Shown: piece after piece, positions 37,613 to 51,290 of the stretch
Layout of the letters: the number at the start of each line of letters is the position of its first letter
Numbering within the stretch: the first letter of the stretch is position 1
Origin: Geosiphon pyriformis uo1
Taxonomy: Eukaryota; Fungi; Glomeromycota
DNA length: 64,000 nucleotides
Assembly (NCBI GenBank): GCA_016748015.1
Contig: JAAOMT010000718.1
Coordinates: forward strand, 496,001-560,000
Reading direction: 5' to 3'
Made by a program: the position numbers and the translations under genes
The notes under the pieces: generated by a model
Told to the model about the DNA's origin: nothing
Seen by the model: only the letters and a program-made list of their open reading frames with translations
Database searches by the model: none

Positions 37613-39476
37613 TTGGAGAAAGAATGCAAAGAAGCACCCAAACTAGAGCACATGCTATTCAAACATGCTAACACTGAACCAATAGAAGCCTCCAAAAATG
37701 CCAACTTAGACTTCAAGCCACCCACTTTGCCAGTGAGAATCCTGGAGCTATTAGAACTGAGAACATGCACACCAACATCAACAGTAGAAGAAAAAGAAGC
37801 AGACAGTATCGAAGTGTCATCCAAAACCATATCTGAGCCTGAACCCGAAGCTAAAGATACAGAAGTATCAGGAGGAGAGACAAAAGAAAAAGACACCAAA
37901 GGCACCAGTTCAGCACTATCAAGACATCTAACAATAGTGGACACCTGGTCAGAAAGAAGCTCAAGTGAGCATTCCAAAGAGGCCAAGCATTCATTCAAAG
38001 AAAAACTATCACCAATGTCATGATAAGAAGAAAGAAGCAGATTTGAGCTGGGACCAGCAGGAAAACCATGAGAGAGGGGGGAAGCCACTGAGACCACTTG
38101 GGCCCAGGACTTTCTACCAAAGGCAACAGGGCAGAAAATAGGAACCTTCTTCTTTTTATATAACTTGGCCAGCTGAAGACGCCTCTCCTCAGAAACAAAA
38201 CCTTTAAAAGACTTAACCGAAGATGACAATGACATAGAACCAACTGGAGCATCACACTCAAGAGCTGAATGCCCAAAATGCCCACACTTCCCACACTGAA
38301 CCAAATCCAATCTAGTCCATGAGAGCTGCACACTACCAAGAACAGGCTCAGTACAAAATGCTAAATCCAAATCTTTCTCAAAATTAAAGCCAACCACAGT
38401 ACACCGAAACCTATTGCCAGTGTCCAAAGATCAATTGATGATACAAGTCTTACTGCCAGTCCTATCCAAAAAAATACCAAGATCATGTGCAGTTGTTCCC
38501 ACTGGCAAAGTAAATAGAAGTGCCTTAAAATGGTTTCTTGATGCCCAGATATCCCGATCTCCCACAGCTTTTGCCACTCGTACTGAGTTTTTCCCAATCA
38601 GAAATAACCATCTTGATGCCAACAGATTGGCTTGACTCAATTCAGCAAATTCTACCATAGTCTTCTGTCACAGACCAATTAATTGAATTTTGATTGATTT
38701 AATATTACCAAATTCAGTGACTGTAGTGACGATCATTTCCCTTGGTGTATTCATGGGAATTTCCTTGATTACTACGGCCTGATCTGAATGCACTCCTGAT
38801 TTCTTGAAATTAGTGTTTATGATGATCTCTCTTTCTCTGGCCAAAAATGCAACCATATTCATGCTTTTTTCGGAAGTGAAGGTAGATTGGATGATCCTTT
38901 CAAATTTTGAGGGAGTAGTAGCCCCCCCAAAACCATTGACTGATGAAAAAATTTTTCTAATTAACTGAGTTTTTGCTGTTGTCGAATTCCCTTTCACAGC
39001 ACTAAGATTGATATTAAGAGCAAAAAATTTTTTGACAAACATTTTAATCTGAGTCTTAACAATTTTAGGGTCAATCCATTTTTTTTTCAGAGAGATTGAA
39101 AGGTGAGGAGGAAAAGAGATCTTTTCATTATCATCCATGACAAAATTAGGAGAACTGAGAGGTGAACTGAAAATAGCACTAGTATTGACACGCTTGGCTT
39201 TAGGAGTATTGGCAGCTGAATCCAGAAGAGACTCAACATTAATGCCAGTCATGTCAGTACCTTTCTCATCACCAGACACACTATTCACATTAGAGAACAT
39301 ATTGTTACCAAGCTCAGACCTGTTCAAAGAAATATCCTTTTCATCACCTAAGTGTTTGACATTCCCAAGCACAACTCTCTTCTTCTGTGAGAAGAAACCA
39401 CCAGCAGGACCATGAAAAGCATTCTTTGGTGCTTTTTTTTAGACATGTTGCTACTAAAGGCAGCCTCCAAGTCCAT
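37609..39476 (-). pseudogene. LINE-B ORF1 (zinc knuckle)
   Basis: ATG 39476 (MDLEAA..); CGKCGHFGHSALEC; homologous to LINE-A ORF1. Confidence 0.88.
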
Positions 39477-39671
39477 GAAGAAGGAGTTATTAAGAAGAGA
39501 AATTGTGAAATACTAACAAGAAAAATAAAAAACTTCTTTATCAGAAAAGTGCTTTTTGAAGATTTGTGGATGTAAGAGAGAAAGAAATTTTTTATGGTTT
39601 TAATAATTTCAAAAAAAATTTTATTGTTTTTAAAATAAAACAAATAAGTTGTATAAAAAATATAATAAACT

Positions 39672-40687
39672 TTTGAATACTGATTATGTAAAAGTTAGAA
39701 TGGCAATAATAATAAATAATGCTTTAGCTTAACATATATATAAAGTTTTTGAGATTCCTGGTTATTTTATCTCAATTTATTTATTGTTTAATAATAAAAT
39801 TTCAGTAAAAATTTTGGATTTGTATGCTAGTGTCTTAGCTAATATGTAATTTAATTAATCCTATAAGATGAATTTAATTATTGCTAAAATAATTATTTTA
39901 AGTTCACATATTATGTTAAGTGGCAACTTTAATAAAGATAATATAGAACATAGTAAAAACTTCAAAAAATGTTTTAATTTAAGTTTGTGCAATTTTTTGG
40001 TAAATAATTCAACTATTAAAATTCTAACATAAAACAATTTAAAAAACATAAGAAAAACTATTAACTATATTCTGATTAATAACCATTTTTTAATGGCAAT
40101 AGTTAGACATAAAATTTGTAATGTTTCTGATTTTTTTAATACTGATTATTTGGTTGTTGTGGTTTTAATTGGCTTGAGTAGCTTTTTGGATGTATATTTA
40201 AATACAATCTACAAGTAAGCTAATAAAAATTAATAAAAATTTGGCATTAAAGATGCAGACAATTCAAAATAGACTTAGTTCAGAGAATACTTATTAGAAC
40301 AAATGTTTAATATGCTTGACAAATTTCATATTGTAAAAAGAACAGAGTAATCTGAATACTATATAAAAGCTTTTAAAATTAATAATGATTAAGTCAGCAA
40401 ACAAAGTTTTTTATAAGATTTGATTTAAGAACTTTAATAATTTTAGAAACAAGCAGTTTTCAAGATTTCACAAATTAAAGATTTTGGTTTTGAAGTTAAT
40501 TAAGATTTTTTTTTCAAAGAATATTATTAATTCTAACTACCTTGAAGAAATTTGGTCTAGATTGAACATTGTTAATTTTTTTAAGCTGTTATCTTTAATC
40601 AAAAGTTGAGTGAAAAATAAAGAGATATTTTTTTTTATTAAAAGTCAAGAAAACATATTGCACATCCAAATATTAAGAATCTAAAAC
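39672..40687 (+). mobile_element. LINE-C fragment 3: eroded endonuclease region
   Basis: Continues from 8712; AIIINNAL..LLFNNK..LYA, SGNFN, TINYIL, TDY are recognisable despite AT erosion. Confidence 0.8.
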
Positions 40688-42994
40688 TATAGGTTTCTTA
40701 ACTATAAAAAAATATATATCAATTATTAAAAATAAATAAAATAACAATTATCATCTTAATTCTTTTCATATTGCTTATTTTTTTTTTCCTATTTTCAAAT
40801 ATCTAAACATTTTAGAATAAAAGATTACTTGTTGGCATTTATTTATTTTTTTTTAATTTATATAATTATAGCATTTGAAGATTATTGAATAAAACATAAC
40901 TAAAAAGCATATCTAATATCTAATATTGAATTTTAAAAACATTAATATAAGACATAGAATTATACCAGTATATTATTATTTATTAACAATATAAACTATC
41001 TCTCTATTTTTAAATTTTCTAGTTATTTTTTAAAAAAAATAGTGACCAAAATATTTTATCTTACTAATCTTGCATATTAAATTCATACTTATTTAATTTG
41101 TTTTTTGAAGTTAAATTCTCTTTAATTCATTTCATTATTTTATAATTTTGTTTTTTTTTGCTATTTATTAACTTATTACTTCAACTTATAACATAAAAGT
41201 GGTGCTTTTTGTGAAGTTGTTAAAATTTATTTTGTTTTTTATTATATAAATAATTATTTATATCTGTTATAACAATTAGAAGAATATTTTACAATACACA
41301 ACAGAAACAATTTAAATTTATTAAATTCAATCTTTTGCCCTTTTGCTTAATTTGCTTTTCTGTTAAAAAACAATCTAATAAATAATTTCAAAATTTTTGG
41401 AACTGGTTTTTAAATAAACATTTAGCTGAAATTTATACAGCCTATACAATCTATTTCTTTAATTAAGCTTACTTTAAAAAAACTCTTAAAAAAAAAATAA
41501 TTACATCAATTAACTTTTATATTCAATAATATTTAATCAACAGCCTTCTGATTTCGAATATTTGAATCACCAAATTCATATTTAGTTTATTGCTTACTAG
41601 TTAGCTAAAACTCCTTTTAAAACAGAAAAAAAAATTATCAAACTGCTTTTGTTTTTAATCTCTTTTCAAGTAAATCAGACCATTTTACACAAACAACTAC
41701 TCTTAAACTAATGGTTGTTAACTCCATACAAGCAAATATTCTGGCTATTTTTCAAGATATACAAACTGCTATAGAGCAAAAAAACAATATTCTATTATTA
41801 TTATTTAAAGATAATATCTAAAACTTAATTGAATAATTAGATAACTTTAAAAAATCAGCAACTGCTAATTAATATAATATTAAATAGAAGTTTTAAATTG
41901 TTGATAACTATTTCCAAGACTCTTTTGCTACTTGGTTCTTACAAAAAACTAATATTAATGCTTATCAAAAAATTATTAGATAAATATCAACAAATATTGG
42001 AGAAAAAAATACTTTTTTCATTATCTGGTTTGAAAACAAATTCAGAATTCTTATTTTAATCTCTAAATAACATATGAAATTAAAAAAAAAACTTAAGGCT
42101 TTGGTAAAATTATGATTAAATACACTAATATTATAAGAAAACTTATTAAAAGGATAAACTTTAAAAGAAATTAAACAAAAAAACAAAAGATTTACTCTTT
42201 TACTAAAAAATTAAGAATTAATTTTTTATATGCTTTTTGGTTTTTTTTGGTCTTAAAAAAATAATTTTATAATTAATATAACTATTAAACTTGTTTAAAA
42301 GATTAAAAACAATCAAAAAATACATTTAAGATTTACTTTTCTAGTTTTTGTTTCTGCTCTTATCATGACTTCTGTACTTTCAATAGCCATTACTTCTTTT
42401 GCTATTTAAACTCAAGACCCAAATAAACAATTAATAAATAGACTTATAGTTAATTTTGTCTGATTATTAAAGCATTTGGCACAAACAATCAAAGATAACC
42501 AGCAATTACAAAGATCTAGATTTAAATTACACTTTAATTAGTCTTAGAAATTATCATACCAAAGATAACAAATTTGTGGCCAATCTGTATGCTATTGTTG
42601 TAAATTAACTAAACACTTTTTAAAAGACTGCAATAACTCTTTATTGTTCTCTTTAGTTCCTAAAAACAATAATAATTAAAACAACAGATCTAATAACAAT
42701 AATGCTTTTAATCAAAGACTTAATTATGCCAATATTAATTTTTTTAGAGAGAATTTTTTAATTAAAACCACTATTTATTAATCTTTAAACTAATAAACAC
42801 ATTTTCAAAGAGTCAAAGTGCAAGCCAATTAAAAGAAAACTTTTTTTTTACTTTTAATCTAATTAATAATAAGTATGATATAAATAAATTAACTATTAAC
42901 TTCTCTAAATTTACAAAAAAAAAAAAAGCCAAAGTTGATTTTATTTTAAATTCCAATAAAGCCTTAATTTTTATTGTTAATAACAATAAGCTAT
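40688..42994 (+). mobile_element. Heavily eroded LTR retrotransposon of a third family (5' LTR, PBS, gag)
   Basis: ..TAACA ~41193 then PBS-like TGGTGCTTTTTGTGAAG at 41200; gag-like frame from ~41712; knuckle CYCCKLTKHFLKDC at 42590-42631. Left boundary approximate. Confidence 0.7.
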
Positions 42995-45900
42995 TGTTAC
43001 AGATGATTATTTGGAATGTTGATATAAATAACAAACCCGTAACTTGGTGTTTAATAGCTTGTATAATTGGTAATATTTGAAAATTTTGGTTAAAATCTTT
43101 TGTATAATAAACAAAGATTCAATAGTTGTTTTAATAGCTTCTTAGAATAAGTATTCTGTCAATTTTTTTTCTTCAGCATAATGACCAGTTTATTTTAACA
43201 GTTGTGTTCTTCTGGTAAGCTATCCTTAAATTTTTAAATTCTATACTTTTATTTTTGGATTTTTTACCAGGCTATTTTTGACATTAATTAATCAGTGCTT
43301 AATTCCTTAAATCAGTTAGTAAACAACAAACAACAAAAGAATTAAAAAAATAAAAAAAATAAAAAAAAAATTAGTATCTCATCAATAGTCATAATTAAGA
43401 GCTATTGTTTCAGTATGATTAAGTATTAGATGTTATTAACATAGAGTATTAATAACAGATAAGTAATAGATATTCTTAATCAAATAATAATAACATGAAT
43501 TGGATGATAATAAGTATGTTTTATTGAATATTTTAATGAATTTACTTCAATTAATAGTAACTATTTATAAAGTAAAGGTTAATTAATAGATAAGAAAGAG
43601 AATATTAAATTGAATCTAAACCAAATACTTTTTTTGCTTTTAATGTTACTGCTATATATATATAGTTAGTGTTATATAAGATTCCTGGAATTCTGGGATT
43701 TTTTTAAAGGAATTCTACAATTCTAAGTAAAGAATTCTGGTATTTTGGAATTCTGAAATCTTGTAATTTTTTCAGAGAAATCCTGAAATTTTTCTGTTAT
43801 TACACCTACTTTTAATTGGTTATTTCTCTAACTATAATACTTCTAATTTCTATGAGTAATAATATTTTTTTTTTAATATTAAGCTCCATCAAAATTTTTT
43901 AAACTTTCTAGATTTTTTTTTTGAATTAGTTTTATAACTTTCTTCTTCAGAATTGCTTTTGTAATTTTTCTCTACAATTCTTTAAATTGAGCATTGGTTA
44001 ATTTTTTTAATTGATTAATGGTTATAGTATTTATTATTAGATGTAGTAATATTTCTGGTCTGTTTTAAAATCTCATCCATAATTAGTAAATGACTCTTAT
44101 ATATGTGGATAAATTGTTTTTTATGACAAGTTGTTCAATTTACTATAGTTAAATTGAATCAAATTTTTTTTTGTTTTGTTGGTGTATAAGTTTTTAATGC
44201 TTAACTGTTATTCTAATTGATAATAATAAAAGTTTTTTGGATTTTGTTGTATTTATTGGTTCTAATTTTCTAAGATCAATTCTTTTTTTGGTATAAATAT
44301 TCTTAAATCTTTCAATGTCTTTTCTATTTTTCTCATTATTTTATCTACAATATTTTCAGAAGTGTAATATCTAAAATATTGTTCCTTGGTTTGGTTTTTT
44401 CATGGTATTTCTTTGTCTTTGTATTGTATTATGTGTTTATTGATAGTGATTTCCAGACTTAATTGTTGTTGTTGAATCAGTTGTAATAGTTGTTGTGTAA
44501 ATGAGTGAATGTTATTGGTAATTTCTATCTTTTCTTGTTGTTTTTGTTATACATATTGGTTTTTTATATACTGTTTTAATAGATTAATTCAACATATTTG
44601 TTTTAATAATAATAATTGGTTCTCGATCTTATGGAATTTTATCTGGTTTGATTAGTATTTTTTGTACTCTCAGTTGTAAAATATTATTGATAGATAATAA
44701 TGCTATATTGTGATATAATTTTAGTTAATTTCCATGTGCTGCTTTTACTAAAATTTTGTTGTTCTATCTTAGTTTATAAGCTCTATTTCCTAGAATTTCT
44801 TCAATGTAAAATGGTCTATTCTATTTGGGATCAAATTTTCCACTTCATTGTTTTTCTGCTTTGGTACAATATAAGAGTATTTTGTTTCCAATCTTAAATT
44901 CAACTGGTTTATTTGGTAATTGATTATTATGTCATTTTTTTTGTTTTTTTTGTAACTTTTAAATATTATTAGCTGTTCTTCATTTTTTGTTTTTTAATGT
45001 TTTCATTAAGTTATATGTTTTTTTAGCAATATTCTTTGAAAGTTGGCTTCTGTTATTGGTTTTGTTGGATATGTGTTGATATTTATTTCTATTGGTAGTA
45101 TTGTTGTTTTACCATAAACAAATTTAAATGATGTTGTTTATGTGGTATTTTGCTTTATTATCTAATAAGCAAATAATACTAATGATATGAATAGATTCCA
45201 TTTGTTCTGGTTTTTTTGGCTGATTTTTGTTATTGCTTTACACAATGTTCTATTAAACTTTTTTATTAAGCCATTTGTTTGTGAATAATATAATGATAAT
45301 AATGATTTTTTTATTCCAAATTTTTAACTTAATTCTGTTAATGTTTTGTTCACAAAATAAGTCTCTTGATTTGATAATAATTCTTTTGGATATTTATGTT
45401 AACAAATCAAATCTTGGTAGACAAATTCAGCTATAAATTCTGTATCTGCTCTTTGGATTGCTTTTGCTTCTGGCCATTTTGTAAAATAGTCTATAACTAC
45501 TGTTATATACTGATTGCCTTTGCTGATTATTGTTAATGGTCTAATATTACCAGTAAAATTTTAGCTATTAATTAGCATAAAATTACTTTCATAATTTCTA
45601 TTATTAATAAGTATATATTATTATCATTTCAATTATTACTTATTATTTAATCAAATTATCAAATATTATCATTCAATTAATAATCCAATTTGTACTATAG
45701 AAATTAAGATGATCAAATTACACAATACTCTAAACCATTTAATATAGTTAAAATTTCCTGAAATTAACAAAAAATTTGCCAAAATAATTAAAAATTTGTA
45801 GAAATAACTTGTAGTTTGCCAAAATATATCTTTAATTTGTCAAAATTGTAGCAAAGAGAAAAGTGCAAGTTTAAAAACTAGTACTACAACAAGTTGTATA

Positions 45901-48900
45901 AAAAAAAAGCTTCTTTCTTCAAAGAAAATGTATCTTATCATAGTATTTTACTTTAAATATCTTAATTAGAACAAATTATCTTTTACACATTTTAAATAAA
46001 AATTAAATATTCGAAAACCCAATTCTTTAAATTATTATACTTGAAATTTCCTTAACACAACTAATATTTTGAAATTAATTAGCTAACAATTTCAGTAAAT
46101 CTGTTAGTAATTCCAGGCCTGAATAGAAAACGTTTTTCTTGATACAATTCTATTTCTTTTATATTTCTTTTATTTTTTATTTTTATTTTTATTATAATTA
46201 TTGGAATAGTCTACAGACAAGATTCTTGTAAAAAAGTTAACATTCACAGCAAAATAACTACACATTTTTAGTGAGCTTCCAGACAAACAATTCCTGGAAA
46301 AGAGTTGATATTTACTACAATATAACTACACAAAGCAACTGGCATAGAATTGGTCATTCTACTTATAAGCCCAATAATTCAAATTATAGGAAATAATTTA
46401 AAAATAAATTCAGTTATTGGAGGTTCAACTACTTTTTTTAGTCGTGAATTCACAGCAAACAGATATTAATAACATTCAAGAAAAGAGACCAAAAACCTCC
46501 AGTAATACTAACTAAGTTAATTCTAATTCGATTAAATAATTGTTTTATTTTAATTGGTTTTAGTGGTTTATTGAGTCTTGTTTCTATTTTTCTTTAACAA
46601 ACATCACAATTTTGAACATATTAGATGATATCTAAGTATATAAATGGTCAATAATATCTTTTTCTGGTTTTTTTCATGGTTACTTTTTTATAAAAATGTC
46701 CTGTTATTAGATCTAAATATATGTTAAATAGTATTGTTTTTTTCTCTGGTTTTGTAATTACTCTGAATGGTTGATTTGGGTATTTCTGTTTTTCTGGTAT
46801 AATATATCTTGGTAAGTAATAAAATATTTTGATTGTTGTTTTATGTTGTTTTGTTCTTTTTGAGATAATTTTTCCTTGAACTGTTGAATATTAATATAAT
46901 ATTGGAGTTATTAATATTTTTGTGTGTTTATTTTTTGTTATATTTTTGGGTTGAAATGTTCTTAGATTTGTTTCATTCATGACAAACTATTGGCATTTCC
47001 ATTTTTTTTTCTTTTTTTATAATATATTATACAATTAAATAGTGATAGTTCTATTTTTTATTTTACATAGTAGTTGTCTCCAAATTTTTGCTTTTAGATT
47101 AATATTAATTCTTTGTGATTAGTGTACACATTAAACTTTTGGCTTAAATATTTTTTTCATTTCATAACAGTCTAATAGATAGCCAAATATTCTAATGCTG
47201 AAGTTTCATAGTTCTTTTTAGCTGGGCTTAAGCTTTAATTAACATATGCTATTAAATATTCTTTTTTATTTGGTTTTTTTTGTAACAATATTGCTCCTAA
47301 AGCTTAATCAGATGTATTAGTGGTAACAATAAATAATTTATTGTAATCTGAATAGATCAGTACTGGTGCTTGAATAAGCTTTCTTTTTAAGATGTTAAAA
47401 GCTTCTTGTTGAATTTTAATCTATTTATATTTTACATTTTTTGCTTAGAACTAGTAAAGTAGTTAAGTCAGTTTGGAGAAGTTTTGTATAAAGTGGTAAT
47501 AGTATTCAGTGAATTTCAAGAATGCTCTTAATTCTATAAGATTTGTTGATACTGAAAAGTTCTTAACAATCTCAATCTTATCTGAATTCATTTTGATCCC
47601 ATCTTTGCTTACAACATATCCCAAAAATTTCAGTTCTGTTTTGTCAAAAAAATACTTTGTAGTATTTAACTTTAGTCTGGCTTTTCTTAATCTTTTAAAT
47701 ACTTGTTGCAAATAGTGAAAATAGTTATTGAATGTTTTAAAAAACACATTGGAGTCATTTAAATAAACTACTATTGACTTTTATAGTAATCCTGTATAAA
47801 CAATTTCCATAAGCCATTGGAAGATAATTGGAGTATTTATTAAACCAAAGTACATAACATTAAATTCGAAATTTTTTTTTCTGATTGTAAATGCTGTTTT
47901 TTTTTGTCAGCTGAGTTCATAACTACTTGTCAATAACCACTGTCTAGATTCAATGTTGAAAACCATTTTTTTCTTCCAAATGCATTGAATAATTCTTGAA
48001 TCTGTAAAATTGGATAGTTGTTTCCATGAGTAATACTGTTGAGCTTTTTGTAATTTATACAAAAGTGAATTTTCCCATTTTTTTTTTAGACTAGTACTAT
48101 TGGTAATAATTATAGACTCATTGATAGTTGAATTAACTTATTGTCCAACATCTGGTTGATTTTTTGTCAGATAATCTTATGGCTTGCTGGTAGTATTTTA
48201 TATGCTTATTGTTTTATTGACATTGCATTTCTTGTCTTGATTTGGTGTTAGATGATATCAGTTTTGTTAAATTCATTTTTATTGGCAAATATGTCAATGA
48301 AATTGTTGAGTAGTATTTTGAGTTATATATGTTAAAGTAGATCTAAGTTTCCCAAGTTTATTTGTTTCAATTGTTCTAATTAAAGCAAATAACATTCTTT
48401 TCATTCATATATTGTTTATAATATGATATCCACATATCTGCACAATTGTGAAAAATCTGGAATGGTATTTGGTAGTTGGTCCTCAACTTTAGTGTTCAAG
48501 TATTTGATGGTGGTTTTGCTTGATATTTTGATAGTGTCTCTAGTTGTATTATAAATAAGAATTTTGATGTATTTATAGCTTTTGGCTGGTATGTAGAGAT
48601 TGGTGATTTCAATCTTTCTTGATTTATAAATAGTTAGTTTTGCTTTAAAATTTTGGGGCTGGTTCCTTATTTTTTTCTCTATTATTAACATATGTTGGTT
48701 ATATAGTGGAATAATAACTAATTAATAAGTAGAGATAATTTCTCCCTTATTAATTGTTTTTTCCTCTGCCATATTAACTAGTATGTTTATTCTACCTGTT
48801 AATTTGAATCCATTTTTTTCTCTGGCTGTGATTCTTAATTCTTTCTTTATTTTTATTGACACTAATTGAGTTATTTTTACCAGAAATAGAAATATTGCCT

Positions 48901-49670
48901 GTGCTATCTTTTTATTTGGTTCAATTATATATAGTTTTTCTAAATCATTTTATAATATTGCAATAATATTTTCTACATATCTTGTATCAATTATTCTTTT
49001 TTTAATACTGATTTTTTTTTTGCTAAGCTAGATTTGAATACTAATTAAACTATTGTTATTGCTGAGATTTTCAATACTATTTTTAGATCAATACAAATAT
49101 ACATATTAGACTCTAATATTATAATATATATCTTAGATCAAATTTTGCATTAGTATTATGTATATGTTCTAACATAATATCTTCATTATTATTGCTAAAC
49201 TATCTTAGTTTCTGCTCTATAAATAGATATAAAAGCATTATATATTGCTCAGGTGTTAAATCAGAATTTGAATTATTATTGTTATTGTCATAGTAAATAG
49301 AATTGGAATCATTGTTGTTATTATTATCAGAGTCTAAATTGGAATTAAATTTCGATTTTAATTCTACTGTGTATTTGCTAATTGATTCTTTCTCTTTAGA
49401 GATTGAATAGATTATTTGTAGTGATAGATTATAAATAAGATTACATTTATTATAATACTTAAAGTCATATAGTATTAAACAATAGTCACATAATTAAGTG
49501 TTTAATTTTTCTAACCATTGTTTTTGCTTTTCTTTAATAAGTAACAATTCTTGGTAGTATTTATAAAATTGTTCTAGATTACTTAGGATATTGAGAAATG
49601 TATCTGGGTTTAAAATAAGAATAGTCTTGACCAGTTTTGGTAAGTTGTTTTTGATTGCCAATATTTTTTA
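42995..49670 (-). mobile_element. Family-L-related copy d, 5'-truncated and strongly eroded (3' LTR 42995-43861, ORF3, INT, RH, RT, dUTPase)
   Basis: Collinear with copy a from the LTR through the Cys-rich region; homology ends at ~49670. Confidence 0.9.
45545..46507 (+). mobile_element. Element M copy 4 (in the integrase of copy d)
   Basis: T(A)TTACCAG...AGTAA(T)A termini; TSD CTAA/CTAA; homologous to M2. Confidence 0.9.
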
Positions 49671-49828
49671 AGAACCAATTAACATTTTTATTATAAAAAT
49701 ACCAAAAAATAAAGTTTATAAATTATAAATAAAAGACAAAATATTATATAAATATTAATTATTAAAACACAAATATTATAATTAAAAATAAAAATTTATT
49801 AATTAAATCAGAAAAAATTTATTATATA

Positions 49829-51290
49829 TTTTTTTATTACAAGTTTTACAAGTGAAGCCCAACTGCTATCTAATTATAATTAAATATAATTTTTATTAAA
49901 AAAATTAAGTTACAAAATTTAGAAAATATATTAAACAAAATTATTAAGATTTTTTAAAAATATTTTTATTATAAATATTTTAAAAAAAATTCTCAATTTT
50001 TTACAATAACTTTAATAGTCTAATACAGACTTAAAAATTACAATTAATTAATATAAAACAATTTATAACAAAAATAAAAAATAAAAATTCAACTAAGATT
50101 AATTATTTATAACTTTATATGTTAATTTTATAAATATTAATAAATTATTAGTAGAATAATAAAAAAACTAAAAAAAATTTAAACAATATACAGACCAAAT
50201 TTAAAAATTTAAAAATAGTTAAATATTTAAATATTATACTTAAATAATAATTAACTATTTAACAAAAAAATATTACAATAAATTAAACAATTTATTAGAA
50301 AAAACAACTTAATATTTAATTATAAAATTATTTATTATTTATATTTGGTTTTTAAATACTGTTTAAATATATTTTTAAATTTAACAATAAATATTTTTAT
50401 AGTAAATAATATTAAATAATATAAAAAGCAATTATTAAAACAACTATTAAATATTATATAAATACAAAAATTTTTTAAAAAAAGTTGTATAATTTTACAA
50501 AAATTTAATTTTAAAAAAAAATGTTATTTAAATAAAAAATTAATTAATTATAAAAAAACATATTAAAAATATAATAATAAACAATATATAAAATAATTAA
50601 TAATAATTAATAATAATATAAATAATTAAAAATAACATAAAATAATATATAATAATAAATTATAATAATAACAAAATAATATAAAAAATAATCAAAAATA
50701 AGGTTTTAAAAACATATATATATATAAATAAAAAAAACAAATAAGAAAATTTAAATTTAAATAAAATTTTTTTATAATAATTTATAAATTAAATATTATT
50801 ATATAAGAATATTAAACAAATTAATTATCAAAACAACCAAAAAATTAATAGACTTAATAATAGATTTAACCAATAAAACCAATATAATTAACTTAAATTT
50901 TAATAAAATTAAGTAAAAACCAATTAAGAAATTAACAATAGCAAAAATAGACAAAAAAATAGCAATAAAAAAACCAATAAAATAAAAGTCTTAACATAAA
51001 ATTTAACTTTAATATAACAAAATTTAAAAACTTTAAAAAAAATTGCAGATTTAAATAAAACTTAGAAAAAAAAGATAAAAATACTTTATAATTTACAACC
51101 AAATAATTTGTATCTTAATACTTAAAACAATATTAATACTCAAAAGTTTTTTATTAATTACAATACTTTTTTAAATATTAATAAATTAACATCTAAAAAT
51201 AAACTTTAATTTCAATTATTATTATTTGATTAATAATTTTTAGTAAAACTTGATTTTTTAATTTAATTTATTATTATAAAATTTATTAAA
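49829..51290 (-). mobile_element. Extremely eroded LINE 3' end (LINE-D)
   Basis: T-run plus AGTGAAGCCCAACT (49851-49864), identical to the LINE-B 3' terminus; the rest is almost pure A/T, so the right boundary is uncertain. Confidence 0.6.

Larger units (their letters stand above)
8713..39671 (-). mobile_element. Full-length LINE-B, split by the 24-kb LTR nest (parts 8713-10594 and 34669-39671)
   Basis: Poly(A) (T-run ~8712-8720); 10-bp TSD TTTGAATACT at 8703-8712 and 39672-39681; ORF2 rejoins across the LTR element as ..TPLNP|LQFPVKL.. Confidence 0.92.

Noticed and set aside
357-48691. Numerous short antisense or alternative-frame ORFs in the track
   Set aside because: They are shadows of TE coding sequence or LTR repeats, with no independent motifs or cross-copy frame conservation.
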